A program made the position numbers and the translations under genes. Under the pieces are notes generated by a model. That model worked only from the letters and a program-made list of their open reading frames with translations. It was not told the origin of the DNA and did not search any database. Shown here in pieces: positions 8,954-18,258 of a DNA stretch of 32,000 nt. Position 1 is the first letter of the stretch, and every line of letters starts with the position of its first letter. This DNA is from Opitutales bacterium (lineage in GTDB: Bacteria > Verrucomicrobiota > Verrucomicrobiia > Opitutales > PNEW01), in assembly GCA_965219535.1 (NCBI GenBank), contig CBDCNV010000002.1, positions 210,001-242,000 on the forward strand, given 5' to 3'.

Positions 8954-10330
8954 ATGGACGATTCTGAACAAACGATGCTTTTTCAGGGTTCGAATAGAGA
9001 AGATAAAGGTGACCAGGCTTCATTGGAGTTAAAGGATAAGGGAGCCTCAGCAGCCATACCATTAGCAGTACGTATTCGCCCTAAAAAGCTTTCGGGAGTT
9101 ATCGGGCAGGATCATATCCTGGGTAAAGAGAGCCTATTACCACAGCTTATCCAATCAGATTCGTTTGGTAGTATCATGCTCTACGGTCCTCCCGGGTGCG
9201 GTAAAACGACGCTCGCTGAAGTTATTGCCCATGAAACAAGCAGCCGTTTTATTCGTGTTAATGCGGTACTGTCGAATGTGGCTGAATTACGTGATATATT
9301 ACGTCTGGCGAGAAGCCGTCCCGAAGATCGAACGATTGTGTCGATCGACGAAATCCATCGCTTTAATAAAGCCCAACAGGATTTACTTCTACCCGATGTC
9401 GAATCAGGCGCTATACGTTTAATCGGAGCTACTACCCACAATCCAGGCTTTTACGTTAACCCACCCCTTCTCAGCCGCAGCCATCTTTTCCGCCTCAATC
9501 CCCTGTCGAAGGACGCAGTGATAAAGGTACTTAATCGGGCGCTTTCGGACAGTGAAAATGGACTTGGTGATCGGCGCTGTCAGGTGCACGATCGCGTGCT
9601 CGAAGGGATCACTTTGCTATGTGATGGGGACCTCCGGCGTGCTTTGAATGCCCTTGAAACTTTGGTCATGAGCCAGACTGAAGGTTCTACGATTACGGAA
9701 AATGAGTTGAAAGTTTTCGCCAGTGAACGCCAGATACGTTACGATGCTAACGAAGATGAACATTACGACACGATATCCGCCTTCATCAAAAGTATACGTG
9801 GTGGAAATCCCGACGCAGCCCTGTATTGGATGGCAAAAATGCTGGCAGGTGGAGAGGATCCACGTTATATCGCCAGGCGGCTGGTGATCCTCGCATCGGA
9901 AGATGTGGGGTTGGCTGATTCTGGAGCTCTGTCACTTGCCATAGCGGCTTTTCAAGCTTGTGAATTCATCGGGTTACCGGAGTGTGAGCTCAATCTCGCC
10001 CATGTGGTGATCTATCTTGCGACCGCGCCAAAAAGTAATTCTGCGTGCCTCGCATTAGGCAAAGCAAAAAACGCTATCAAGGAAGAACCTGTTCAACCAG
10101 TCCCTCTCTGGTTGCGAGACGGCAGTACTAAAACTAACCGCGCGTTGGGTCATGCGCGTGACTACCAGTATAGTCATGAATACGAGGAGGCGATTTCCAG
10201 CCAGGAATACATGGAAAATCCACTGAGCTTTTATCAACCTCAGACCGCGGGAGCCGAGGAGGCGATCGCAAAACGTCTCGAACGCTGGAAATCACTTAAA
10301 AATCAATTAAAAGAAAATGAGACGACTTAA
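8954..10330 (+). CDS. rarA: Replication-associated recombination protein A (AAA+ ATPase, MgsA/RarA)
   Basis: Walker A (LYGPPGCGKTTLAEVIA), SIDEIHRFNKAQQD (Walker B/sensor), and the C-terminal MgsA-type region (DEHYDTISAFIKSIRGGNPDAALYWMAKML). The ORF-track start at 8666 is an antisense extension over thiD. The first ATG after thiD is 8954. Confidence 0.9.
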   Translation: MDDSEQTMLFQGSNREDKGDQASLELKDKGASAAIPLAVRIRPKKLSGVIGQDHILGKESLLPQLIQSDSFGSIMLYGPPGCGKTTLAEVIAHETSSRFIRVNAVLSNVAELRDILRLARSRPEDRTIVSIDEIHRFNKAQQDLLLPDVESGAIRLIGATTHNPGFYVNPPLLSRSHLFRLNPLSKDAVIKVLNRALSDSENGLGDRRCQVHDRVLEGITLLCDGDLRRALNALETLVMSQTEGSTITENELKVFASERQIRYDANEDEHYDTISAFIKSIRGGNPDAALYWMAKMLAGGEDPRYIARRLVILASEDVGLADSGALSLAIAAFQACEFIGLPECELNLAHVVIYLATAPKSNSACLALGKAKNAIKEEPVQPVPLWLRDGSTKTNRALGHARDYQYSHEYEEAISSQEYMENPLSFYQPQTAGAEEAIAKRLERWKSLKNQLKENETT

Positions 10331-10437
10331 TTCCATTGAAGCGTGTCCTTATCTGGTTACAAAAATATAATTGTGATTTCGCGATAGGGGTTTACTTTAT
10401 GTTTAACGATAATTGCAAAGAGGGATTCATTCGCACC

Positions 10438-10890
10438 ATGACTCAATTCGATAAACAGTATAGCAACCTCCTCGTGACTTTAAGTTTTATGGCGTGGAGT
10501 TCTCTGCTTTTCGTTCTGCCCACTATTTTATCGGCTCAAACACCACCTACCGAGGGCGATAAGCTGCCGGAACTCGGCCATTATTATAAAAACGAAAAAG
10601 CAGGAACAGTGAACCTACGCGTTGTGGAAGGAAATTTCCGCATTTATTTTGTAGATAAAGATCAAAATATAGTCAGTCCCGTTTTTAAGAAAGCACGTCT
10701 TGATGTAGAATTATTTAGAAATAAAACGCATGAATATTCACTTTCATTGAAATTATCGGAAGACGGCCGTTATCTTACCAGTAAAAGACGTACCCATCCC
10801 CCTTATCGTTTCTGGGTGCGCCTCGTCTTCCTGGATGAAAGTAATTCTGATAATAATCTGGTTTTCTCTCGTACCCAGTTCACACAATAG
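10438..10890 (+). CDS. Hypothetical secreted protein
   Basis: An ATG at 10438 gives a signal-peptide-like LLVTLSFMAWSSLLFVLPTILSAQ. No recognisable domain. The ORF-track start at 10336 is a TTG. Confidence 0.5.
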   Translation: MTQFDKQYSNLLVTLSFMAWSSLLFVLPTILSAQTPPTEGDKLPELGHYYKNEKAGTVNLRVVEGNFRIYFVDKDQNIVSPVFKKARLDVELFRNKTHEYSLSLKLSEDGRYLTSKRRTHPPYRFWVRLVFLDESNSDNNLVFSRTQFTQ

Positions 10891-11057
10891 TTCAACTCTT
10901 TACCGCGCTGTTGATTGCAAGCAGTTAAGAGAAAATAGCGTTAAATTATTTAATGCAGAGCAATTGAACTTCCCTATTCTTACTCCGTAAATAAATCAAT
11001 AGTCACATCAAAAATTTTAAAACACTTCTTCTTCGTTGGACATTAATCGCGCTGGGT

Positions 11058-11432
11058 GTGCTCCTTGCTGCCTTTACCTCTTCGGGTATCGATTTTGACA
11101 GTGGTACCACCCTCATTCTCGTCGTTTTTCTTTTAAGTTTATTTAACCTCATCCTTAAACCTCTTCTCGTATTATTTACGCTCCCTTTTATCATTTTCAC
11201 TTTGGGTTTTGGCTTGTGGATAATAAACGCCCTCTTGTTGCTCCTCGTAAGCGAACTCGTGCCTGGATTCTATGTTGATTCCTTTCTCTCTGCTCTTTGG
11301 GGTTCCCTTGTCGTCAGTATGACATCGCTCATAACCAATATCTTTCTAAGTACGAATGTGAAAATTAAACGGTCTTCTTCCCGCCGTTTTACCAAAATTT
11401 CTGATGACGATGATGAGATCATCGATATTTAA
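11058..11432 (+). CDS. DUF360 / YvlD-like (phage holin family IV-like) small membrane protein. The start codon is problematic.
   Basis: FTLGFGLWIINALLLLLVSELVPGFYVDSFLSALWGSLVVS is typical of the family. The family-like first helix (KNFKTLLLRWTLIALGV) continues in frame upstream to about 11007. That stretch has no ATG, GTG or TTG. Confidence 0.65.
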   Translation: MLLAAFTSSGIDFDSGTTLILVVFLLSLFNLILKPLLVLFTLPFIIFTLGFGLWIINALLLLLVSELVPGFYVDSFLSALWGSLVVSMTSLITNIFLSTNVKIKRSSSRRFTKISDDDDEIIDI

Positions 11433-11529
11433 TTACTATTTTATTGTCATACCCCTCGCCTTCTCTTTTATCCCATCAAGATTAAGGATTCCGGATAATA
11501 CTTAACTGATTTATCAATTATCAGATTTG

Positions 11530-12927
11530 ATGGCAGGAAACGATAAGTATGATTTACTTGTAATTGGTGGAGGTCCCGCAGGTTATGCGGGTGCGATTCG
11601 CGCTGCGCAACTAGGTAAGAGAGTCGCTTGTATTGAATTAGAGCGGGCTGGGGGAACCTGTCTCAACTGGGGTTGCATTCCTTCAAAGGCACTTTTAAAA
11701 TCTGCCGAGCTATACGAAACCATGCTGCATGCCGAAGTATTCGGTTTAACAGCAAAAGAAATAGCTGTAGATTTTGCCAAAGTGATGGGCCATTCTCGCG
11801 ACGTTTCTGACCAGATGGCTCGTGGAGTCGAATATCTCCTCAAGAAAAACAAGATCGATTATTATTTAGGACGGGGTCGTATTTCCGTCCCCGGTATTGT
11901 CGAGATCACGGAGGGAAAAGATAGTAATCAATTCTTTTCCACGGAAAATATTTTAATAAGCACAGGATGCTATGCACGTTCTCTACCCGGTGTTGAAATA
12001 GAGGGTGAACGCATCTTGACTTCGCGCGAAGCTTTGGCGTTAAAAAAGTTACCTCAAAGCATCGCCATTGTCGGTGCTGGTGCGATCGGGGTTGAGTTCG
12101 CCTATTTTTTTAAAGCCTTCGGAACTGAGGTTACATTAATTGAAATGCTCCCTCAAGTGCTGCCGGTCGAAGATGAAGAAACATCTCGCCTGTTGAGCCG
12201 CGCTTTCAAAAAACAGGGTATCGCTATTCATGTAGAGACGAAGGTAGAAAATATAAAAGTGGGAAAAAAAACAGTGAAGCTGGAGCTTGTAAAGGGTGAC
12301 AGTTGCAGCCCTCTTGAAGTTGAAAGCCTTCTCCTTGCGGTTGGTGTTGAGGCGAACCTTAAGGGATTATTTTCAGCAAAGGTCAAGCCCGTGATGGACC
12401 GCGGTTTTATCAAAGTCGATGACAACTACCAGTCGAGTGTAAAAGGAATTTACGCTGCCGGCGATGTAATTGGCCCACCCTGGCTTGCTCATGTCGGTAC
12501 ATTTGAGGCCGTTCAGGCGGTCAATGGTATGTTTCATCACAGCCAACCCAAGCGAGTTAAAATTTTTCCTGGCTGCACTTATTGCCAACCCCAGGTGGCA
12601 AGCGTTGGCATGACTGAGCGAGAGGTAAAAGAAAAAGGGATTAAATATCGTGTGGGTAAGTTTCCATTCACCGCGGCAGGGAAAGCGGTGGCCATCGATC
12701 ACCCCGAAGGTTTTGTTAAATTAATCATCGACGAAAAATATGGGGAAATTTTGGGCGCGCATATTATTGGGGTCGACGCCACTGAATTAATAACCGAGTA
12801 CGTTCTCGCTATGAACGCGGAAATTACCGCAGAGGAAATTCATTCCAGTATTCACGCCCACCCTACTATGAGTGAGGCCCTTGGAGAAGCTGCGGCAGCC
12901 GCTTTGGGCGAGGCAATACATATTTAG
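11530..12927 (+). CDS. lpdA: Dihydrolipoyl dehydrogenase
   Basis: GGGPAGY FAD motif, redox-active GGTCLNWGCIPSK disulfide, GAGAIGVEFA NAD motif, and the C-terminal HAHPTMSE dimerisation/His-Glu motif. Confidence 0.92.
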   Translation: MAGNDKYDLLVIGGGPAGYAGAIRAAQLGKRVACIELERAGGTCLNWGCIPSKALLKSAELYETMLHAEVFGLTAKEIAVDFAKVMGHSRDVSDQMARGVEYLLKKNKIDYYLGRGRISVPGIVEITEGKDSNQFFSTENILISTGCYARSLPGVEIEGERILTSREALALKKLPQSIAIVGAGAIGVEFAYFFKAFGTEVTLIEMLPQVLPVEDEETSRLLSRAFKKQGIAIHVETKVENIKVGKKTVKLELVKGDSCSPLEVESLLLAVGVEANLKGLFSAKVKPVMDRGFIKVDDNYQSSVKGIYAAGDVIGPPWLAHVGTFEAVQAVNGMFHHSQPKRVKIFPGCTYCQPQVASVGMTEREVKEKGIKYRVGKFPFTAAGKAVAIDHPEGFVKLIIDEKYGEILGAHIIGVDATELITEYVLAMNAEITAEEIHSSIHAHPTMSEALGEAAAAALGEAIHI

Positions 12928-12987
12928 AAAATCTAAATCAGATTAAGTTAAGATTAGTCCACGTTGTTTTGATCTAATCATTGAGGA

Positions 12988-13003
12988 CAATCTTTTAAGA
13001 TTG
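12988..13003. terminator. Hairpin between convergent lpdA and the TonB-dependent receptor gene (possible bidirectional terminator)
   Basis: CAATCTT-TT-AAGATTG is a perfect 7-bp inverted repeat in the 102-bp gap between the two stop codons. Further short hairpins lie nearby (GATTAG...CTAATC). There is no strong U-tract. Confidence 0.25.
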
Positions 13004-13029
13004 CCGTTCTGTGTGCTCTATGAGCAGAG

Positions 13030-15387
13030 TCAGAACTTATACTGAAGACCGATCCTGGCCAGACGTGGTGCTCCCGGGCGGGGACCATGAGGATGGCGAG
13101 AGCTAATATATTGATCCTCAAATAAATTGTTAACGGTACCGAAGATTTCTACATTTTCGAACAATTCATAATGAACGCCGACATCGACAACGAAATAACT
13201 ATCGGTCTTACCAAAACGGGAATCGCCATTTCCTGTGTTGGGATTTATCTCTAAAGAAGAATTTGTTGCCGAGGTAAATGTTTCATCGGCATATGAGGCG
13301 TTGAGATACGCACGGAATTTATTTGTCTCTAAACCCGCGGTAAAGGATATGAGGAAATCGGGTATATAAGGTACTTCGTTGCCGTCACGACCACCGGCAA
13401 ATATAGATTCTGCATCGTTGGAATTCGCATCGCCATCAAGTGTGGCATCGGTGTATGTGAATGCAATGCTGTAGGGATTGCGAAATCCCCAACCATGGGT
13501 AATCCCGGGATCAAAACCTACGAGCGCTTCTATCCCTGAAGATTTGACGTTACCGACGTTTTCAGATTCCCCCGTGCCTGCACCTCCAATATTATCAATA
13601 ACAAGAAGATCATCAAACTGGGTATGGAAAAAAACGATTTCACCGTAAACCCCTTTTTCGCTGTTGAATCGCGTCCCAAACTCAAATGCATCTGATGTCT
13701 CCTCTACTCTGCCACTTCTCGCATGATTTCTCGGTGAGGGGACTGAGAATCCGCGATGGTAATTACCAAAGAATATTAAATTTTCGCTTTTCTCGAATGT
13801 AATACCAAAACCGGGAGCAACTATATCCAAGGTGCTGGAGCCGCTTGTACTGGGGATGTTAGTTCCGTCGGTGGTAAAATCGGTGTATGCGTAATCAAGG
13901 GTTTCGTAACGGATTCCGGGGGTAAATGACCATGCTCCCTTTGATATTTTATCGTTCAAGTAGAAGGCTAGAGCCTGGGTTTCCTGGCGGCGATTGCCAT
14001 CCGATCCATTGGCACTGCGTGTATCACCAATAAAGTTTCCATCGCTGTCTTGTAGAATTAGATTATGCCACTCGAATCTTCGGATACGATCCTGGTGAAA
14101 GCGAAAACCGAGTTCAAGATTGTGATGCAGCATACCCGTGCTAAAATCATAATCTAGTTTTGTTTGTATGCCCGCCATGTAATAATCTCGATTATTATTA
14201 CGTATGCGTAATTTTCCCGCTCGTTCACCTTTTAATACCTCCAGGGCTTGACCGTCGATATTACCAGCGAGTGCGTGGGATAGGGAAGAACTGACAGCAC
14301 TTGCAGTAAAGCTATCCTCATCTCCTTCTGTTACACCGTTGCCGTCTGTATCAATGTCACGAATATCGTGGAGCTTGAACCAGTTGCGATGGAATTTATT
14401 ATAGTACGCAGTCGTGGTCAGTTTAGCTTCATGACTTAACTCGGCGATATGCCTTAAATGCAGCTGTGTATGATTGGTGTTGATAACATCATTACGCGAA
14501 GCTGCATAGCGACGATAAGGATCAATCATAAAGTCATCTGTCGTAAGTCCCAGGTAAGTTTCATTAGCTTCAAGGTCCATATAACCGATTTTAAATTCAA
14601 AGTGATTATACCTATCGGTTTTAGGTTCCCAGCTCCCTTTGAACATATAGTCGGTTCGTTTAAAACCCGTGTCATCGGAACCAGTATAATCACCGGCTCC
14701 GTCAATAGACTTAAAGCCATCGGTTTGGCGGTGAAACATTTCTAAGAGATAGCCAAATTCACCAGCCTTTGTTGATAAGGTATCACCTATATGACCATTA
14801 GTGCGAAATTCTGAATCGCTCCCATAAACGATATTTAACAGCTTACCTTTTTCCTCGTGTTCGGGAATGGGCGTTGATAGATAATTAATGACTCCGCCCG
14901 TTGTATGTGGACCATAATTTATCTGACTTGAACCTTTTAAAACTTCGATTCCGGACATCCTTCCCGCGGTTGGCGTATAATAGGCAGACGGGGCAGAATA
15001 AGTGGCGGGGGAAGTGAGTACCCCGTCTTCCATAATTGTCAGCTTGCCACTGCGTGTTGTGTCGACACCGCGTAAACTTATATTGGGGAAAAGCCCATGT
15101 CCGTCTTCTTCACGTATATAAACTCCCGGGACTTGGCGCAGCATGCGATTAACATCATCCTGGTGTAAGGGAAGTAAGTCATCAGCTTCAAGGTAAACTC
15201 CTGATCCCTGTAATGAAAAAGCATTATCTTTTGAACCAATGACTTCAAATTCTTGAAGAGATACGATTCCCTTTTGATTTTTAACTTCGGCTGAATTATT
15301 TTCATTTGCTTCACCCCACAGATGTAAAGGGCATGCCGATAGCCATACGAGAAGTATAAGCGTTGTTAGGCGGTGGTTAACGACCAT
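13030..15387 (-). CDS. TonB-dependent outer-membrane receptor
   Basis: Signal peptide, plug-domain motifs (VSLQEFEVIGSK, IEVLKGSSQINYGPHTTGGVIN), a long beta-barrel region, and a C-terminal ...RIGLQYKF with terminal Phe. The ATG at 15387 is preferred over the TTG at 15399. Confidence 0.9.
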   Translation of the reverse strand: MVVNHRLTTLILLVWLSACPLHLWGEANENNSAEVKNQKGIVSLQEFEVIGSKDNAFSLQGSGVYLEADDLLPLHQDDVNRMLRQVPGVYIREEDGHGLFPNISLRGVDTTRSGKLTIMEDGVLTSPATYSAPSAYYTPTAGRMSGIEVLKGSSQINYGPHTTGGVINYLSTPIPEHEEKGKLLNIVYGSDSEFRTNGHIGDTLSTKAGEFGYLLEMFHRQTDGFKSIDGAGDYTGSDDTGFKRTDYMFKGSWEPKTDRYNHFEFKIGYMDLEANETYLGLTTDDFMIDPYRRYAASRNDVINTNHTQLHLRHIAELSHEAKLTTTAYYNKFHRNWFKLHDIRDIDTDGNGVTEGDEDSFTASAVSSSLSHALAGNIDGQALEVLKGERAGKLRIRNNNRDYYMAGIQTKLDYDFSTGMLHHNLELGFRFHQDRIRRFEWHNLILQDSDGNFIGDTRSANGSDGNRRQETQALAFYLNDKISKGAWSFTPGIRYETLDYAYTDFTTDGTNIPSTSGSSTLDIVAPGFGITFEKSENLIFFGNYHRGFSVPSPRNHARSGRVEETSDAFEFGTRFNSEKGVYGEIVFFHTQFDDLLVIDNIGGAGTGESENVGNVKSSGIEALVGFDPGITHGWGFRNPYSIAFTYTDATLDGDANSNDAESIFAGGRDGNEVPYIPDFLISFTAGLETNKFRAYLNASYADETFTSATNSSLEINPNTGNGDSRFGKTDSYFVVDVGVHYELFENVEIFGTVNNLFEDQYISSRHPHGPRPGAPRLARIGLQYKF

Positions 15388-15427
15388 TTCTCTATTCAAC
15401 GCTCCTAAGCTTTTGGACTGACATCCA

Positions 15428-15494
15428 GAATATTCATTCGAATATACATGATACTAAGTCTCAGTATCCGGATACAAATATGAGACTATGTCTC
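15428..15494 (-). promoter_or_regulatory. Cluster of palindromes upstream of the TonB-dependent receptor gene (candidate operator/promoter)
   Basis: GAATATTCATTCGAATAT at 15428-15445 contains overlapping GAATATTC and TATTCGAATA palindromes. AGTCTCA (15457-15463) pairs with TGAGACT (15481-15487). GTATCCGGATAC is a perfect 12-bp palindrome at 15464-15475. GAGAC-TAT-GTCTC lies at 15482-15494. A TTGACT -35-like hexamer on the minus strand is adjacent. Confidence 0.35.
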
Positions 15495-15588
15495 AAGTCA
15501 AGGGTAATTAAAGATAAATCAACCTTTTCCTGGTCACGAGACAGGGGTAAGGCTGATGGCCTTTTGCGGCAGATTATTCATTTATTGA

Positions 15589-16446
15589 TCAATCCGTGAG
15601 TGGCTGGCGGCTGCCTTTTTTAGCAATTTTGCGGCGAATACCCTCTCCCAGCAAATCCAGGATCGAAACGACGATGAGAATACAAATTAAAACGGTGGCA
15701 AATTTATCCCACTGGTGAAATTCCTGGTAGGTATAGAGTTGAAGACCAATTCCACCCGCACCGACGTAGCCGATTATAGAGGCGGATCGAATGTTATATT
15801 CCAGCATCCAAATAGAATAACTCCAGATTAGCGGTTTGGCGTGGGGCCAGAGACCATACTGGAAAGCCTGTATGGGATCCGCCCCCAGGGAACGCAGGGC
15901 TTTAGCATTTTCAATATCGCTGGACTCAAAAGCCTCACTGAAAAATTTCCCGAGGTAGCCAATACTGTAGAAGGTAAGTGCAATTACTCCCGCGAGTGGA
16001 TTAGCGCCCACAATGGCAACGGCAATCAGCGCCCAGATTAAACTGGGAATGGTCCTGATCGCGTTAAGGATCATCCGCGTAATACCTACGAGCCATCGGG
16101 GCGAAATATTCTGGGCGGCGGCGAGAGCAAAAATAAATGAAATAAGCAGAGCAAAAAATGTTGCTACAACGGCAATTTCAACTGTTTCCAGAAGCGAGAC
16201 TAAAGTCTGATTGAGAACAGTAAAATCGGGGGGGATAAATTGATTCGCAAATCGCAGCAGGTTGCTGAAATAATCGAGATCGCGGTCTGAGCCGTGTAAA
16301 GCTGAGCCTGAATATATAACGGCGAGGATAAAAATAATAAAGGTGACATTGAGTACGTTCAGTTGCTCATACCAATGCACTTGTGGTATACTGATGGCTT
16401 CGTTCGAAGGTGGATTATTTACTTGCTGATTTTTCTCAGTTGCCAT
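15589..16446 (-). CDS. phnE: Phosphonate ABC transporter permease
   Basis: PhnE-type permease with multiple TM helices and the ABC permease loop region (ALRSLGADPIQAFQYGLWP). It overlaps phnC by 28 nt. Confidence 0.85.
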   Translation of the reverse strand: MATEKNQQVNNPPSNEAISIPQVHWYEQLNVLNVTFIIFILAVIYSGSALHGSDRDLDYFSNLLRFANQFIPPDFTVLNQTLVSLLETVEIAVVATFFALLISFIFALAAAQNISPRWLVGITRMILNAIRTIPSLIWALIAVAIVGANPLAGVIALTFYSIGYLGKFFSEAFESSDIENAKALRSLGADPIQAFQYGLWPHAKPLIWSYSIWMLEYNIRSASIIGYVGAGGIGLQLYTYQEFHQWDKFATVLICILIVVSILDLLGEGIRRKIAKKGSRQPLTD

Positions 16447-17153
16447 TTGTCTGGTTTTTCTCGGTTAAGACTGAGTGCATAATCGGCAAATCGATCGACC
16501 AGGTCCGGGTTGTGCATGACACAGAATACGGTCTTACCATGTCGCGTTGTCTCGAGTTTAAGAATGCCAAGTACTCTCCCTGTTAAATAAACGTCCAATT
16601 GCGATACGGGTTCATCAGCTAGATAAATATCCGGTTTTTGGAAAAGTGCGCGAGCGATGACGACCCGCTGTTTTTCTCCACCCGATAATTCAGCTACCCA
16701 TCGATATGTATATTCTGAAATGCCAAGATCATGAATGATACGATATGCCTCATCTTTAGAAGAGGAGGGAAACCCAAAAAGTGTCTGAAAGAATGAGTAG
16801 CGATTTAAACGTCCGCAGAGTACATTATTCAGGACCGTCGTATTTTCTGTTAGATGAAAGCCCTGCGGAATAATACCTATTCGCCCGCGTAACATGATTG
16901 GAGAAAAAAGACGGGTTTCATTATCGTGAAAACTGACTTCACCTTCTGTGGGTTTCAATAAACCGCACAAGGTAGAGAGAAAACTCGTTTTACCCGCACC
17001 TGATGCGCCCAAGACCGCAATAAAACTGCCCGGTGGCACCTCGAGGTTCATATTTTGAAATAGCCAACGGCTATTCTGAACACACCCAAAATCTTTCAAT
17101 ACCAGGGTCGGTGTTGAAGATTGATGCTCGTTGGATAATGAATCGGCAACCAT
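16419..17153 (-). CDS. phnC: Phosphonate ABC transporter ATP-binding protein
   Basis: Walker A (GASGAGKTS), signature LSGGEKQRV, and Walker B (IYLADEPVSQLD). It sits between a PhnD-like and a PhnE-like gene. Confidence 0.85.
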   Translation of the reverse strand: MVADSLSNEHQSSTPTLVLKDFGCVQNSRWLFQNMNLEVPPGSFIAVLGASGAGKTSFLSTLCGLLKPTEGEVSFHDNETRLFSPIMLRGRIGIIPQGFHLTENTTVLNNVLCGRLNRYSFFQTLFGFPSSSKDEAYRIIHDLGISEYTYRWVAELSGGEKQRVVIARALFQKPDIYLADEPVSQLDVYLTGRVLGILKLETTRHGKTVFCVMHNPDLVDRFADYALSLNREKPDKWQLRKISK

Positions 17154-17175
17154 GCCGGTATCTCAGATTTTCTGC

Positions 17176-18090
17176 TTAGTGATTCATGCGCGAGACAAAA
17201 TTTAATGCTTCGCGTATGGGGGCGAGATGCGCATCAGCATCGACTTCGATAAGCTTACTTGAGAATACCCGATCACGCATATCAGGGTGATCTGTATTCA
17301 TTGCTAACAACGCGAGTTTTATTAGTGAGCGATCTTCAGAAATGATGGATTTTCGAATGGCAATGATATGAGAGGGAACGGGTCCCTGGCTGGCGACCAT
17401 TTTTAGACGGGCGCGTTCATCTACCGAAAGGTGCTTATCCTTATCTAAGACATAATAACTAACAGCGGCAGCTTCAGATAGACCTTCGAGAACTCGGTTT
17501 ACTGCCGATACGTAGCCGACTCCGTAGTAGATGTTGCCTTTGCCAAAAAATTTTTCCGGATGCCCTGTCAGTTCAATAAGTCCTTTTTTGTATAAATCCC
17601 AAGTGGGGATGATAAAACCCGAGCTGCTGGTTCGGCTGGAAAAAGCGATTGGCTTATTGCGAAGATCTTCTACGCGAGTGTAAGGGCTGTCTTTGAGGGC
17701 AACCCAGTAACTCATATAATAAGGTTTCCCGTCGATCTCACCGGCTAGAAGAACATCGGCGACACCCCTCTCGATTGCTTTACTCACCCCGGTTGAGCTG
17801 AGATAGCCAATATCAATCGTTCCATTAGCGAACCCCTCGATAATGACTGCCGAGCTCAATGGGGTCATCACTTCGATTTCCCGCTTTAGATATTCCTTTA
17901 AACAAATACTTAGATTTCTTTTTTCATCGAGCATTTGGTCTGGATTCTTGTCCGGCTTCAAGGCGACAACTAATTTTTCCAGCGATAATCTCCCCTTAAT
18001 TTCACTTGCACATAAGTGGGAGTTGGCGATGAATCCAACTGCAATAATGCCTATTACTACAGTCGCAGGGATTCGCTTATAGCTTATCAT
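17176..18090 (-). CDS. phnD: Phosphonate/phosphite ABC transporter substrate-binding protein
   Basis: PhnD-family pattern (LVVALKPDKNP..., SSGFIIPTWDLYKKG, YVSAVNRVLEG). The ATG at 18090 gives the signal-anchor MISYKRIPATVVIGIIAVGF and has GGGGGA just upstream. The ORF-track start at 18165 is a TTG. Confidence 0.85.
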   Translation of the reverse strand: MISYKRIPATVVIGIIAVGFIANSHLCASEIKGRLSLEKLVVALKPDKNPDQMLDEKRNLSICLKEYLKREIEVMTPLSSAVIIEGFANGTIDIGYLSSTGVSKAIERGVADVLLAGEIDGKPYYMSYWVALKDSPYTRVEDLRNKPIAFSSRTSSSGFIIPTWDLYKKGLIELTGHPEKFFGKGNIYYGVGYVSAVNRVLEGLSEAAAVSYYVLDKDKHLSVDERARLKMVASQGPVPSHIIAIRKSIISEDRSLIKLALLAMNTDHPDMRDRVFSSKLIEVDADAHLAPIREALNFVSRMNH

Positions 18091-18183
18091 TCCCCCATTG
18101 CTATGAGATTTATTCTCATGATCAAGACGGAAATAGGCTATTGGGTGATTCAATAGAGGGATCAAGGGAGAATAAGCTCGGAG

Positions 18184-18212
18184 TGATGATTTAATTCCCT
18201 GTATGATGATTT
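18184..18212. promoter_or_regulatory. Perfect 9-bp direct repeat TGATGATTT x2 (20-bp period) in the phnD / tRNA-Arg divergent region
   Basis: TGATGATTT occurs at 18184-18192 and again at 18204-18212, upstream of phnD on the minus strand. Its function is unknown. Confidence 0.25.
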
Positions 18213-18258
18213 GCCATTGACTACTGACAAACTAAGCAGATTAGGTGTTTTTCTGTGA

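Noticed and set aside
11530-12927. lpdA as part of a 2-oxoacid dehydrogenase or glycine-cleavage operon
   Set aside because: No E1, E2 or gcv genes flank it in this window. It appears to be a stand-alone lpdA, which is common and unremarkable.
15400-15588. A cobalamin or other riboswitch in the leader of the TonB-dependent receptor
   Set aside because: I looked on the minus strand for a B12-box-like element (AGYCMGGAGACCKGCC-type) and the conserved GGGAA/GCCACTG blocks and found none. The region is dominated by short DNA palindromes instead. cmscan would settle it.
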